NCBI GenBank assembly: GCA_965209165.1
Contig: CBDBQI010000004.1
Coordinates: 130,511 to 194,510 of the forward strand
DNA length: 64,000 bases
Direction: 5' to 3'
DNA from: Dehalococcoidia bacterium
GTDB taxonomy: Bacteria > Chloroflexota > Dehalococcoidia > Lucifugimonadales > CAJWER01
Positions 28,991-38,259 of this stretch are shown in pieces. How positions within the stretch are numbered: the stretch's first letter is position 1; each line of letters begins with the position of its first letter. The notes beneath the pieces were generated by a model, which did no database searches, was not told the origin of the DNA, and was given only the letters and a program-made list of their open reading frames with translations. The position numbers were made by a program, and so were the translations under genes.

Positions 28991-30880
28991 CCCAAATCCA
29001 CCGCCTAATTGGAGAAATGTTATTTTCTGACCTCTCGGTTGGGCCGGTGGGGGCGTCGATTGGCGACTGACGGGGTTAGCAGTGGTTTGGCGGGGCCGAT
29101 GGTGGACGTATGAGGGTCTTGGGGTGCTGATTTGCCATGCTTGCGTCGATTTTGAGCCGTTTGGCCTCGTAGGAGGACGCAGCATCCCTATGACGGTTAT
29201 CCACGTCGCTTGTCCGATAGGCGGATGTAGATAAGCTAGTTTCAGGTTGAGGGAGGGCCGTGAGCCAGCGCCGCTATTCTCCGGTGTGCCCCGACCAGCA
29301 GCGGGAACGATGGATGGCCTCGCGCCAGTCGGATCAGCAGCTTCCTGGCATGGTAGACCACTCGACCGGCAAGGTCGATCAGAGCGAAGCGCACCGCCTT
29401 GAGCCGCTTGGTCACCCACTCATCACCCAGCGCCAACTGCTTGACCGCCGAGTTCAGGTTGAACGCCAGCACCGTTATCGCCCACCACGCTGCGTTGGCT
29501 CCGAACTGTCCCGACGGCAGTCTCCCGCCCGCCAGGTCCTCCTTCAGCACACTATGGACCTCCTCGCCTTTCCCGCATCTCTCACGGTACCACCGCACAA
29601 CCTCGTCTCCCGGAAGCTCCCGGTTCGTCACTATCCCGCTGATCTTGTACCAGCCGTGGTTCGGCATCTGCATGACCGGAACCGACAGCTCAAACTCACT
29701 CTCCATGCCCGGTAGCGGCGGTCGCCTCAGAGGTTCTCTGACGGCTATGAAACGGTAGGCGGGACCCTCCTTGTAGCGACCTAATCGACTGGACATGAAG
29801 CCCACCTCGGCCCACTCCTGCCCCGTCTCCACCTCGAACTCCCCCATCATCCGGGGCAACTGACGCCACTCGCTCTCTTCCACCAGCGCCGCCTCATGCT
29901 TGAACTCGTCCGTGACGCGTACCCCAATCGCGAACTCGATCACTCCGAACCGTTCGTCTCTCCCCTCGGCGCAGTACTCCAGAAGATCGTTCTGGTAGCC
30001 TGCCGTGTCGGACCGCAGCATCACCCGCTCCACTCCCTCGGGTACGCACTCCAACGCGTCTCGCAACACTCGTAGCTGCTCAAATCCCGCGGGAACGTTG
30101 CCGTCTCTGAACTCCGAGTGGACGACCAGGTCCGCCTCGGCCCAGTATGTCGTTAGCGGCTGATAGGCTTTGAATCCCTTGTAGCAGTAGAGCGCCTCCT
30201 GCTTGTGAGTCTCGACCAGCGTCGCGTCCATGTCCAGTGTCGCCTGCCTATGCCCAACGTGGCCCCGAACGAAGCCCACCATCTCGGCGTTGACCTTCCC
30301 AAGTCCGTCCAGCGCGTCGTTGGCCTGGGGTATGAACGCCGTATGAGGCTGCCTCGCCTCCTCCTGGGATGCGTCGTGGAACTGGCTCAGATACCGGAAC
30401 ACCGCCGATGGAGACGGCACATAGCGGTGTCGATCACGCCGCCACCGGTTGCGCTCCGCCCTGCGCTCCGAAGCTCGCTGCCGGTGGGTCTCCACCCTTC
30501 CCAACATCCGGCCAAGGCCCTCGTCCGCCTCCAGCACGCGAAGGTCGTCCACCCCTTCGCCGCCCGCCAGGTTCAACAGCGTCAGTGAGGTGACCATCTG
30601 ACGGTCCGTCCAACCCTGGCCTCCCTCTCTGACCCTCACGTGGCGTCTGATCGACTCGCCAAGGCCGATTGCCTCGGCCATCTCCAGGTAGACTGCCAAC
30701 CCCGATAGCGCCGTCATGCCCCCGACGCGGTTCTCTGCCCTGTACTGGAATGGTAGGACTCCATGTTGCATAATAACTGCACCTCGTTGGTGATGGTTTG
30801 GGATTGTCACTTACCATCTTAGTCAGCTTTGCAGCTGACTCCAACGAGGTCTTCTTCTTGCTTTAGGCGGTGGATTTGGG
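28991..30880 (-). mobile_element. Complete IS1380-family insertion sequence (1890 bp)
   Basis: Perfect 18-bp IRs CCCAAATCCACCGCCTAA (28991-29008, 30863-30880); direct repeat ACCAA at 28986-28990 and 30881-30885. Confidence 0.93.
29242..30810 (-). CDS. IS1380 family DDE transposase
   Basis: LDMDATLV, FRDGNV, LRSDTAGY, YRERCGKGEEVHSVLKEDL, FGANAAW. Confidence 0.92.
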   Translation of the reverse strand: MTIPNHHQRGAVIMQHGVLPFQYRAENRVGGMTALSGLAVYLEMAEAIGLGESIRRHVRVREGGQGWTDRQMVTSLTLLNLAGGEGVDDLRVLEADEGLGRMLGRVETHRQRASERRAERNRWRRDRHRYVPSPSAVFRYLSQFHDASQEEARQPHTAFIPQANDALDGLGKVNAEMVGFVRGHVGHRQATLDMDATLVETHKQEALYCYKGFKAYQPLTTYWAEADLVVHSEFRDGNVPAGFEQLRVLRDALECVPEGVERVMLRSDTAGYQNDLLEYCAEGRDERFGVIEFAIGVRVTDEFKHEAALVEESEWRQLPRMMGEFEVETGQEWAEVGFMSSRLGRYKEGPAYRFIAVREPLRRPPLPGMESEFELSVPVMQMPNHGWYKISGIVTNRELPGDEVVRWYRERCGKGEEVHSVLKEDLAGGRLPSGQFGANAAWWAITVLAFNLNSAVKQLALGDEWVTKRLKAVRFALIDLAGRVVYHARKLLIRLARGHPSFPLLVGAHRRIAALAHGPPST

Positions 30881-30894
30881 ACCAATCCTCCCTC

Positions 30895-30949
30895 TTGACA
30901 AACCCACATCTCTCCCACATAATAGCACTTATGTACGCAACATATGTGC
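30895..30949 (+). promoter_or_regulatory. Near-consensus promoter TTGACA-N17-CATAAT followed by two degenerate LexA-like boxes
   Basis: TTGACA 30895-30900, CATAAT 30918-30923, GCAC-TTAT-GTAC 30925-30936, CAAC-ATAT-GTGC 30938-30949. Confidence 0.6.
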
Positions 30950-32115
30950 CTATCAGGGTGGAGCGGAAGCCGCCCACCATCGCCGAGATCGTCCGCCAAA
31001 AGACCGACGACGGCGCACGCATCATAGACTTCTTCCTCGACCTCATGGAGGGCAGGGTCGAGGACGCCAAGCTGTGCCACAGGATCGACGCGGCCAAGCA
31101 GCTCGTGAAGTACGGGTACAAGAAGGCCGCCGACTTCATCGCCGAGCACGGCGACGAAACCTGCGACCATTGCGAGAGTCGGAAACGCGGCCCACGCCCC
31201 CGCAAGGACCAGAGCCCGGCCGCCGGGCCTCTGCAGTCCTCGCCCCTGCACGTCCAGGGTCCCTATGGGTATGACTTCCTCACTATGCTTACGGAAGACT
31301 TCCTCACCGTGCTCTCGGCGGTGGACGAAGACCTGATGATCAAGCTCCTCCGCGCCCAGACGCGCGACGGCGGCACCGTCATCGACTTCCTGGACAACGT
31401 CATGCACGGCAGGGAAGATGGCTTCAGGGTCAACCACAGGATATCCGCCGCCAAGGAGCTCATCTCACACATCCTCCACGACGAGCATGCATTCGCACAC
31501 GCAGTCCTCGATAACATATGGGCAGACCCACGTGTCCGCCCGCTTCCCGCCTCCCAAGTCCCCTCTCCCTCGACTCTTACACCCTCTCCCTCGACGGGAG
31601 AGGGATGGGGTGAGGGTGACTCCCCGGCGCGCGGCTCAGTAGGGGCGATTTTGAAACCCGCCCTCCCCGGTGCGGCATGGGAACCCCGCAACCCCGCAAC
31701 CATCGTCAGCACCGTCGTTCCTGCGGAGGCAGGATTCCTGCCCCAGGAACCGTCCCCCACCCAGAGGGGCGACGAGGGGCGGATCGAGCCCGCTGATGAG
31801 CCTGTCCTGAGCCCAGTCGAAGGGCCCAACTCAATCGTCGTTCCGGCGAAAGCCGGAACCCAGGGGAGTGGCGGGGCCCGCAGCGCCACACCCAACGGTG
31901 CTAGTGCCGAGCCCGTCCCGAGCACCGACGAAGGGCCTGTCCTGATCACTGTCGAAGAGACCAACTCAACCATCGTTCCCGCGCAGGCGGGAACCCAGAG
32001 GAGCGGCGAGGGGCGGAGCCACTCCCAACTAGAAACTCTCCCCCACGTAGAGGGTGACAAGGACGAAGAACCTGCCCCGGCAGAGCTCACCCCAGGCCGC
32101 TCGCCGCCCTACTAG
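30931..32115 (+). CDS. Hypothetical protein with two copies of a ~50-aa helical domain and a REP-derived low-complexity tail
   Basis: IVRQKTDDGARIIDFFLDLMEG..HRIDAAKQL vs LLRAQTRDGGTVIDFLDNVMHG..HRISAAKEL; start assumed at leaderless ATG 30931. Confidence 0.65.
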   Translation: MYATYVPIRVERKPPTIAEIVRQKTDDGARIIDFFLDLMEGRVEDAKLCHRIDAAKQLVKYGYKKAADFIAEHGDETCDHCESRKRGPRPRKDQSPAAGPLQSSPLHVQGPYGYDFLTMLTEDFLTVLSAVDEDLMIKLLRAQTRDGGTVIDFLDNVMHGREDGFRVNHRISAAKELISHILHDEHAFAHAVLDNIWADPRVRPLPASQVPSPSTLTPSPSTGEGWGEGDSPARGSVGAILKPALPGAAWEPRNPATIVSTVVPAEAGFLPQEPSPTQRGDEGRIEPADEPVLSPVEGPNSIVVPAKAGTQGSGGARSATPNGASAEPVPSTDEGPVLITVEETNSTIVPAQAGTQRSGEGRSHSQLETLPHVEGDKDEEPAPAELTPGRSPPY

Positions 32116-32151
32116 ACCTCGACCCAACAACACAACAGAATAGCGAGCTCT

Positions 32152-32262
32152 TACCCCCTCTCCCTCGACGGGAGAGGGTTGGAGTGAGGGCGACTCCCCT
32201 GCGCGACAACACACCGCATCGCGCGCCTCTGTAGGGGCGGGTTTGAAACCCGCCCTCCCCGT
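32152..32262. repeat. Composite palindromic element (CCCTCTCCC..GGGAGAGGG hairpin plus GTAG REP), similar to 31581-31668
   Basis: ccctctccctcgacgggagaggg..gtgaggg..gactcccc followed by gtaggggcg..ttgaaacccgccctcccc at both sites. Confidence 0.8.
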
Positions 32263-32339
32263 GGCGTGCGGGAAGCACTGGCCCCGCACCCCCGTCTGTG
32301 CTAATGTTCGCGTCAGACCGCGTAGCTGGAGACTGAACC

Positions 32340-32684
32340 ATGGCAGACCACCTGGAGGCCCTGCAGCAGGTCGTGCAGGACGCCATAGACGACGAGAGGC
32401 TGGGGCAGCCGCAGTTCGTGCGGTGCGTCGCGCGTGCCCCGGACGTCCGCTCGCTGGACTCGTCGCTGGAGACGCTCGCGTCGATGGGCGACGCGTGGTT
32501 CGGCGGCCCCGCCGCCACCAGAACACGCCGCGGCGAGGGCAGCGGCGCGTTCCTGACCGAGGTGTCGACGTGGGACAAGGGCCAGGGGGCGCTGATCACG
32601 GTGAGCGCCACAGGCGGGAGCGGCACGGCGGACATCGACCTGATGGTCGTCGGCAGCCGCGGCACACTCTACCACCGAGCGTGA
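32340..32684 (+). CDS. Small hypothetical protein, resembles a Gfo/Idh/MocA C-terminal domain
   Basis: Good GC3 bias, LGQPQFVR and VVGSRGTLY patterns, 4 nt upstream of the oxidoreductase. Confidence 0.65.
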   Translation: MADHLEALQQVVQDAIDDERLGQPQFVRCVARAPDVRSLDSSLETLASMGDAWFGGPAATRTRRGEGSGAFLTEVSTWDKGQGALITVSATGGSGTADIDLMVVGSRGTLYHRA

Positions 32685-32688
32685 GGCT

Positions 32689-33843
32689 ATGAGCAAGTAC
32701 GGAGTCCTGTTAGCGGGCGCGAAGCGCACACACCAGCAGAGCCACGCCGACGTGTTCGCGGCCCACCCAGACTGCGAGCTGGTCGCGGTGGTGAGCGAGA
32801 GGGGCGACCCGGAGGGCCGCGTCGCACAGTACCAGGAGCTGGCCGACGACCTGGGCCTGCCCCATATCGCCGACCTGGACGAGGCGCTGGCACGCGACGA
32901 CGTCCACATCGTCAGCTCCACGCCCGCGGTGGAGCGGCGAGGGATCGTCGCTGCCCGGGCGATGGAGACCGGCAAGCACGTCTACCTCGACAAGCCGATG
33001 GCCGGCACGGTGGCGGACCTGGACATGATGGTGTCGGCGGCCGAGCGGACGGGCGTCGTGACCCAGATGTTCACCCAGAACCTCGCCGGCTGGGTCCAGG
33101 ACGCAAAGCGCGCGGTCCAGAACGGCGAGATCGGCGAGCTTCGGGCGATCCACGCCGAGAACCTGTTCTCCAAGGGGCGCGCGGGCTCGGTGCCCAAGGG
33201 CACGGTCCGCCAGGAGAGCGAGGACCTCGACCGGTACACGTACCTGGAGGCCAAGCGGGAGATGTTCGACGTGGGCATCTACAGCCTGGGCTTTATCCAC
33301 GAGGTCACGGGCGGGCTCGGCTTCGAGTCGGTGCTCGGCCACACGGGCAACTACTTCTTCGCCGAGCACATGGGCGCTGGCGTCGAGGACTTCGGCGTGA
33401 TGATGGCGACCCTGGAGGGCGGCGTGACTGCGACGGTGCTGGGAGGCCGGTTCGGGTGGATGAGCCACCCTCTCAGCGGCCCGCAGAAGGTCGTCGTAGT
33501 GGGCACGGAAGGGACGATGAGCTTCGACCCCTTCGCCCTCCGCGTCGAGGTGTACAACAACGAGCCGGACTTCGTTCAGCCGGCTGTCGACCCCTACGAC
33601 CCGATGGGCATGTGGGGCGCGTCGCACCCCGCGTACGCGCCTCCGCCCAAGCAGCGGTGGGTGTCGCTGGGCTCAGGCAACGTGATGGCCGACGACGTAG
33701 CGGCGTTCGTGAAGGCGATCGACGACGGCACGCAGCCGGACATGAACGCGAAGCGAGCGGCCGCGCTGACCGAGGTGATCCTGGGCGGCTTCATCTCCGC
33801 CGCACGCGGCGAAGAGGTGACCCTGCCCCTCCCCCGCGAGTAG
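32689..33843 (+). CDS. Gfo/Idh/MocA family oxidoreductase
   Basis: GKHVYLDKPMA, GEIGELRAIH, VVVGTEGT. Confidence 0.85.
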   Translation: MSKYGVLLAGAKRTHQQSHADVFAAHPDCELVAVVSERGDPEGRVAQYQELADDLGLPHIADLDEALARDDVHIVSSTPAVERRGIVAARAMETGKHVYLDKPMAGTVADLDMMVSAAERTGVVTQMFTQNLAGWVQDAKRAVQNGEIGELRAIHAENLFSKGRAGSVPKGTVRQESEDLDRYTYLEAKREMFDVGIYSLGFIHEVTGGLGFESVLGHTGNYFFAEHMGAGVEDFGVMMATLEGGVTATVLGGRFGWMSHPLSGPQKVVVVGTEGTMSFDPFALRVEVYNNEPDFVQPAVDPYDPMGMWGASHPAYAPPPKQRWVSLGSGNVMADDVAAFVKAIDDGTQPDMNAKRAAALTEVILGGFISAARGEEVTLPLPRE

Positions 33844-33885
33844 GAGAGCTCACCGCAGAGCTCCGGGCGGCGACCCTTGCACAAT

Positions 33886-33916
33886 CGTCATTCCGGCGAA
33901 AGCCGGAATCCAGAGG
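33886..33916. repeat. CGTC-type REP between convergent genes
   Basis: cgtcattccggcgaaagccggaatccagagg. Confidence 0.75.
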
Positions 33917-33967
33917 GTGGTGGGGTCAGCTAGACGACTACATCGAGCGAAACCGAGTCCCTGTAAG

Positions 33968-34831
33968 CTACGCGCCAAGCTCAGCGTAGACAGCCTCTGA
34001 GACGCCGGCCAGGGCGCGGTCTATGCCCTTACCGTCGGTGACCTGCTTGGCCATTAGGGCTACCGCATAGGGGCCCGACGGCGCGAAGACTATTCCCACG
34101 TCGCACCGGACGCTGGTCACGCCCCCCGTCTTGTGTGCGGTCCTAGTGCCGGGTGGCAGGCCATACGGGATGATCGTCGCGGCCTGCTGGCGCTCCAGGA
34201 TGTCCATCGCGGCCGCGGTCGACGACTCCGACAGCAGCTCGCCCCGGTAGAGCATCTCGAGGAGGCGCACCATATCATTGGGCGACGACACGTCGGAGCG
34301 CTCCTCGGACAGCCCGTCCGACCCGGGCACCATCCGCCCATGGGCCAGGGCGTCCGCCACCAGCCGGATCCCCTCGAAGATGTCGTCGGTCTCGACCCCG
34401 TACATGCTGTACAGCAGTTCCTTGCACGTCATGGGCAGGCTGGTCCGGTCCAGGCCGAGCCTCTGCATGGTGTCGTTGAGGCGGTCGCGGCCCACAAGGT
34501 TGTAGAGCATGTCGGTCGCGGTGTTGTCGCTGACGATGATCATCAGCATAGCCAGGTCGTGCACGGTCAACCGCAGGCCGCTGTCCAGCTCCTTCAGCGT
34601 GCCGCCACCGGGCGACCGGAGCTCGTCGGTCAGCTCCAGCCGGTCCGTCGGGTCGACGATGCCCTGATCCACCTGCCGGTAGAGCTCGACCAGTATGGGC
34701 ACCTTGAAGGTGCTGGCGGTGAAGAAGAGGTCGTCGGCCAGGTGGCCCAGCTCACGCCCGGTCTCCAGGTGCCTGGCCGCCATGCCGGTCACGGCAGGCA
34801 CAGCCGCAATCGCCGCTTCGATTCGGTTCAT
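33968..34831 (-). CDS. Class A beta-lactamase-like serine hydrolase (cytoplasmic)
   Basis: ASTFK (SxxK), SDNTATD, AHKTGG; no signal peptide. Confidence 0.88.
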   Translation of the reverse strand: MNRIEAAIAAVPAVTGMAARHLETGRELGHLADDLFFTASTFKVPILVELYRQVDQGIVDPTDRLELTDELRSPGGGTLKELDSGLRLTVHDLAMLMIIVSDNTATDMLYNLVGRDRLNDTMQRLGLDRTSLPMTCKELLYSMYGVETDDIFEGIRLVADALAHGRMVPGSDGLSEERSDVSSPNDMVRLLEMLYRGELLSESSTAAAMDILERQQAATIIPYGLPPGTRTAHKTGGVTSVRCDVGIVFAPSGPYAVALMAKQVTDGKGIDRALAGVSEAVYAELGA

Positions 34832-35145
34832 CGGATTGGCCTCACTTCCAGGTGGACACCCTCGTGCTGTTGCATGTGGCTGAGGACCTCGAACAGGTTG
34901 CGGGCGTGTGGATTCCCAGCCGGTCCGAACATGCGCATGAGGCTCTTCGGCTGCTTGTTTGTCAGTGAGCCGAGCTTCTCGAAACCGATGGTAGCGTTGA
35001 TGTAGTCGCGCAATACAACCTTGCCCGTCTCGACATCACCGGAAAGCAGACATTCGACGCCTTCCTTCAGCAGTCCTTCCCGAAAGGCCGGGTCGCGCTT
35101 GGCACGGGCCATCACGGTTTCCTTGAAGTCGCGAGTGAGAGCCAT
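34828..35145 (-). CDS. Addiction-module antidote-type HTH protein, orphan
   Basis: MALTRDFKETV..LRDYINATIGF..KSLMRMFGPAGNP; ATGA-coupled to downstream gene. Confidence 0.8.
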   Translation of the reverse strand: MALTRDFKETVMARAKRDPAFREGLLKEGVECLLSGDVETGKVVLRDYINATIGFEKLGSLTNKQPKSLMRMFGPAGNPHARNLFEVLSHMQQHEGVHLEVRPIR

Positions 35146-35241
35146 CTTACGCCTCGACATTGATCACACCAGGACGGTAACGCTTTCGTTACCCCATTAC
35201 AAGCTGAGGGACGACCGTGAAGCAGGACTCCTGGACGCCTC

Positions 35242-36525
35242 TCACGCCCCGGATGTGCGCGAGTCGTCGCGGAGGCTGGCGGCGTATGCCCTGAGGGGGC
35301 CGCGGAGGGCGAGGCTCACCGGCAGGATAAGGGAGGTGACGGCTGCCATCGCGATCATCGCCGCCCTCAGGCTGAGCAAGTCGGCGACGCGGCCGTAGAC
35401 GATGGGGGCGAGTGTGCCTCCTATCTCGGTGATTGTGTAGTAGTAGCCGTACCCGGTGGCCCGCCGCCCGGACGGGATGAAGGCCGACACGGTCGCATAC
35501 AGCACGGAGGAGGTGCCGTTGAGGCCGATGCCGAGCACGAGCATCAGCGGCGCCACGGCATACGCGGGCGCGGCGAGAGAGGCGAGTAGGAGCAGGGCGG
35601 TCAATCCCTTGGTGCCCCATATTAGGCTTATGGAGCCGTAGCGGTCGTCGAGCCAGCCGCATACGAACTTCCCGGCCGCTCCCCCGGCGAGCAGGGAGAA
35701 CAGCATCAGCTCCATGCGTCTATCGCTCAATCCCGTGATCTCTGTCATGACGAACGGCAGCAAGGCCAGGGCAGCAGCGCGTGTCCCCGAGTCCAGGAAG
35801 CCCACGCCGCCGAGTATGCCGAACGCGCGCAGGTCCACGGACTCGCGCCTCTGGACCGGCGGCTCTACCGCTGCGGCGGCCGGCGGCCGGCCGGACACGA
35901 TGGTCCGGCGGGCCAGCCCCGCAAGTGCCATGAACCCTAGTCCCGCGAACCCGATTCCGTAGAGCATGCCGCGCCAGCCGTATCTCGCGACCAGGAGCCA
36001 GGTCATGGCTGGGCCGGCCAGCTTCCCCAGGTCGCCCGCGAAGTTCACGGTGCCAACGGCGGTGGACCTGCCGCGCGCGTCGTGGGAGCGCGAGACCATG
36101 CTGGTGGCGAGGGGGTGCTGCGTCCCCCCTCCGAGGCCTCCAACGAGGGCCGCGCCGAGCAGGAGCGGGAACGTGGTCGCCGCCGCCATCGCCACGAGCC
36201 CAGCGGCGACCCAGATGTTGCCGCCAATCAGCAGCCAGAACTCGCCAGTCTGCTCCGCCAGGTACCCGGCCGGCACCTGCAGCAGGGCGGACGCGCCGCT
36301 TTGTACGGAGCGCAGCAGGCCGGTCTGGGTGTACGAGAGGTCGAGGTCGACCCTGATGTGCGTCAGCAACGGAACGGTGATGACGAAGAACAGGTCGCTC
36401 CACACGTGCGTCGCGGATGCGAATACGAGCGTGTTCCTCGCCCTGCTCCTAGTGGAGCCGTCCACCTGGTCTAGCTCCCCACGGACCCGGGTCGGCGGGA
36501 GACGCACCCAGGCCTGGCCGCGCAT
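35242..36525 (-). CDS. MFS transporter (Fsr-like); start uncertain
   Basis: ~12 hydrophobic segments, HVWSD, GGGTQHP, GWLDDRYG, GRVADLL. Confidence 0.85.
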   Translation of the reverse strand: MRGQAWVRLPPTRVRGELDQVDGSTRSRARNTLVFASATHVWSDLFFVITVPLLTHIRVDLDLSYTQTGLLRSVQSGASALLQVPAGYLAEQTGEFWLLIGGNIWVAAGLVAMAAATTFPLLLGAALVGGLGGGTQHPLATSMVSRSHDARGRSTAVGTVNFAGDLGKLAGPAMTWLLVARYGWRGMLYGIGFAGLGFMALAGLARRTIVSGRPPAAAAVEPPVQRRESVDLRAFGILGGVGFLDSGTRAAALALLPFVMTEITGLSDRRMELMLFSLLAGGAAGKFVCGWLDDRYGSISLIWGTKGLTALLLLASLAAPAYAVAPLMLVLGIGLNGTSSVLYATVSAFIPSGRRATGYGYYYTITEIGGTLAPIVYGRVADLLSLRAAMIAMAAVTSLILPVSLALRGPLRAYAASLRDDSRTSGA

Positions 36526-36598
36526 TCATGCCCCTTGCAGCAGGGAGCGATGCCTACGCGACCGGCCGAGTGTGGGACTCTGTTGGTCAGTATCTCCC

Positions 36599-37669
36599 TC
36601 AGGCCGCGCCCAGCCCGGCCTCCCCAAGCTCGCGGTGCGCTGTTCGAAGCAGCCCCTCCGTCTGGGCCCAGTCGACGCACGGGTCGGTGATGGAGACCCC
36701 GTATTCGAGGTTCGAAGGGTCGTCCAAGGACTGGCTGCCGGCGTTGATGTGGCTCTCCAGCATCAGGCCCACGATGCCCTTGTTGCCGCCGAGCCGCTGG
36801 GACATTACGTCCTCGAACGCTACCGGCTGCCTTCGGTGGTCCTTGTTGGCATTGGCGTGGGAGCAGTCGATGACCAGGTGAGGCGGAAGGTCGGCCTCCT
36901 CCAGCAGACCGATGGCCTCGGCGACTGACTCAGCGTCGTAGTTCGGGCCGGTCTTGCCGCCGCGAAGCACGAGGTGAGCGCTCGGGTTGCCCGCGGTCTG
37001 CACTATAGAGGCCACGCCGTTGTCGTCGATGCCGAGAAATACGTGGCGTGAGCCCGCGGCGACGATGCCGTCGACAGCGATCTGGATGCTGCCGCCCGTT
37101 CCGTTCTTGAAGCCGATGGGCATGCTCAGGCCGCTGGCGACCAGCCTGTGGGTCTGGCTCTCGGTTGTTCTTGCGCCAATGGCGCCCCATGCCACCAGGT
37201 CGCCCAGGTACTGGGGTGTGAACGGCTCCAGCCATTCGGTCGCGGTGGGCAGGCCAAGGGCGCAGACCTGGAGCAGGAACTCCCGCGCCTTGGCGAGCCC
37301 CGTGGTGACGTCCGAGCTGCCATTCAGATGCGGGTCGTTGATCAGTCCCTTCCAGCCGACGGTCGTGCGCGGCTTCTCGAAATAGATCCGGCCCACGATG
37401 AGGATACGGTCCTTCACCTCGTCGGCCAGCGCCCGCAGCCGGGTAGCGTACTCCAGCCCGGCGACCGTGTCGTGGATGGAGCAGGGGCCGACGATCATCA
37501 GCATGCGGTCATCTTCGCCCGAGACTACGCGCTCGATCTCCCTCCGTTGGCCCGCGACCTGGTCCTCGATCTCCGGCGTGGCGGGGAACCGCTTCCAGTA
37601 GTCCGATGGCGGGGCCAGCGGCGTGATGCTCTCGACTCTGACGTCTCGTATTCGCGATGTCGTAACCAT
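36599..37669 (-). CDS. 3-deoxy-7-phosphoheptulonate (DAHP) synthase, class I-alpha
   Basis: VGPCSIHD, YFEKPRTTVGWKGLINDP, IGARTTESQTHR, DCSHAN, YGVSITDPC. Confidence 0.96.
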   Translation of the reverse strand: MVTTSRIRDVRVESITPLAPPSDYWKRFPATPEIEDQVAGQRREIERVVSGEDDRMLMIVGPCSIHDTVAGLEYATRLRALADEVKDRILIVGRIYFEKPRTTVGWKGLINDPHLNGSSDVTTGLAKAREFLLQVCALGLPTATEWLEPFTPQYLGDLVAWGAIGARTTESQTHRLVASGLSMPIGFKNGTGGSIQIAVDGIVAAGSRHVFLGIDDNGVASIVQTAGNPSAHLVLRGGKTGPNYDAESVAEAIGLLEEADLPPHLVIDCSHANANKDHRRQPVAFEDVMSQRLGGNKGIVGLMLESHINAGSQSLDDPSNLEYGVSITDPCVDWAQTEGLLRTAHRELGEAGLGAA

Positions 37670-37811
37670 TGTTGGTGTCTTGTATCTCCTTGGGTTGAGG
37701 TGCTTTCAGCCGGGCACGTATGGTCGCCAATAGCTTGGGCGCCAATAGAGGGGCGCCAGCTCGGCCTGGCTAAACCAGCCCCGCGCCGGGGAGAGGACCT
37801 CCGCGGTCATT

Positions 37812-38204
37812 TCACTCCTCGGCAGCAAGGGAAGGCACCTCTTCTTTCATTCCACGGTCCCGCAGGTTCGCGGCGTCCTTCAGGTAGATGAACTGGACGT
37901 CTTCCTGGGACATCTCGCTGTTGACAATCATGAGCACTCGTATGCAGCGGCCCTGGCTGCCGGGCACCGGTATCTCGGTGGCGCAAAGCAGCGCCAGGTC
38001 TGTCCAGCCCATGCGCCGGGCCGCGAGGGGAGGGAACTCGGCGTCGAGGTCGTTGGTGACGGTGAAGTATATGGCCGCGATGTCCTCCACCTGCGTGCCG
38101 TTCGCCTCGACCATTTGGCGAAGCAGGTCCGCGGTGGCGTCGAGGATGGCCTCGTGCGTGTTCTCGTCCGCGGTCGTCGCGCCGCGGATGCCCCTCACAC
38201 TCAT
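37812..38204 (-). CDS. aroH: Chorismate mutase, AroH class
   Basis: VRGIRGATT, FTVTNDLDAEFP, CIRVLM, YLKDAANLR. Confidence 0.93.
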   Translation of the reverse strand: MSVRGIRGATTADENTHEAILDATADLLRQMVEANGTQVEDIAAIYFTVTNDLDAEFPPLAARRMGWTDLALLCATEIPVPGSQGRCIRVLMIVNSEMSQEDVQFIYLKDAANLRDRGMKEEVPSLAAEE

Positions 38205-38259
38205 CGGAGCACGTCGCTCCTGCCCCCGCCCGGTATGGTCGGTGCCGTATTCTTCAATC

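Noticed and set aside
30931-31500. Phage terminase small subunit (RIxAAKxL-like motif)
   Set aside because: Only a short motif resemblance, duplicated, with no phage context
33968-34831. True beta-lactam resistance gene
   Set aside because: SxxK/SDN/KTG are present, but there is no signal peptide and no clear omega-loop ExxLN motif
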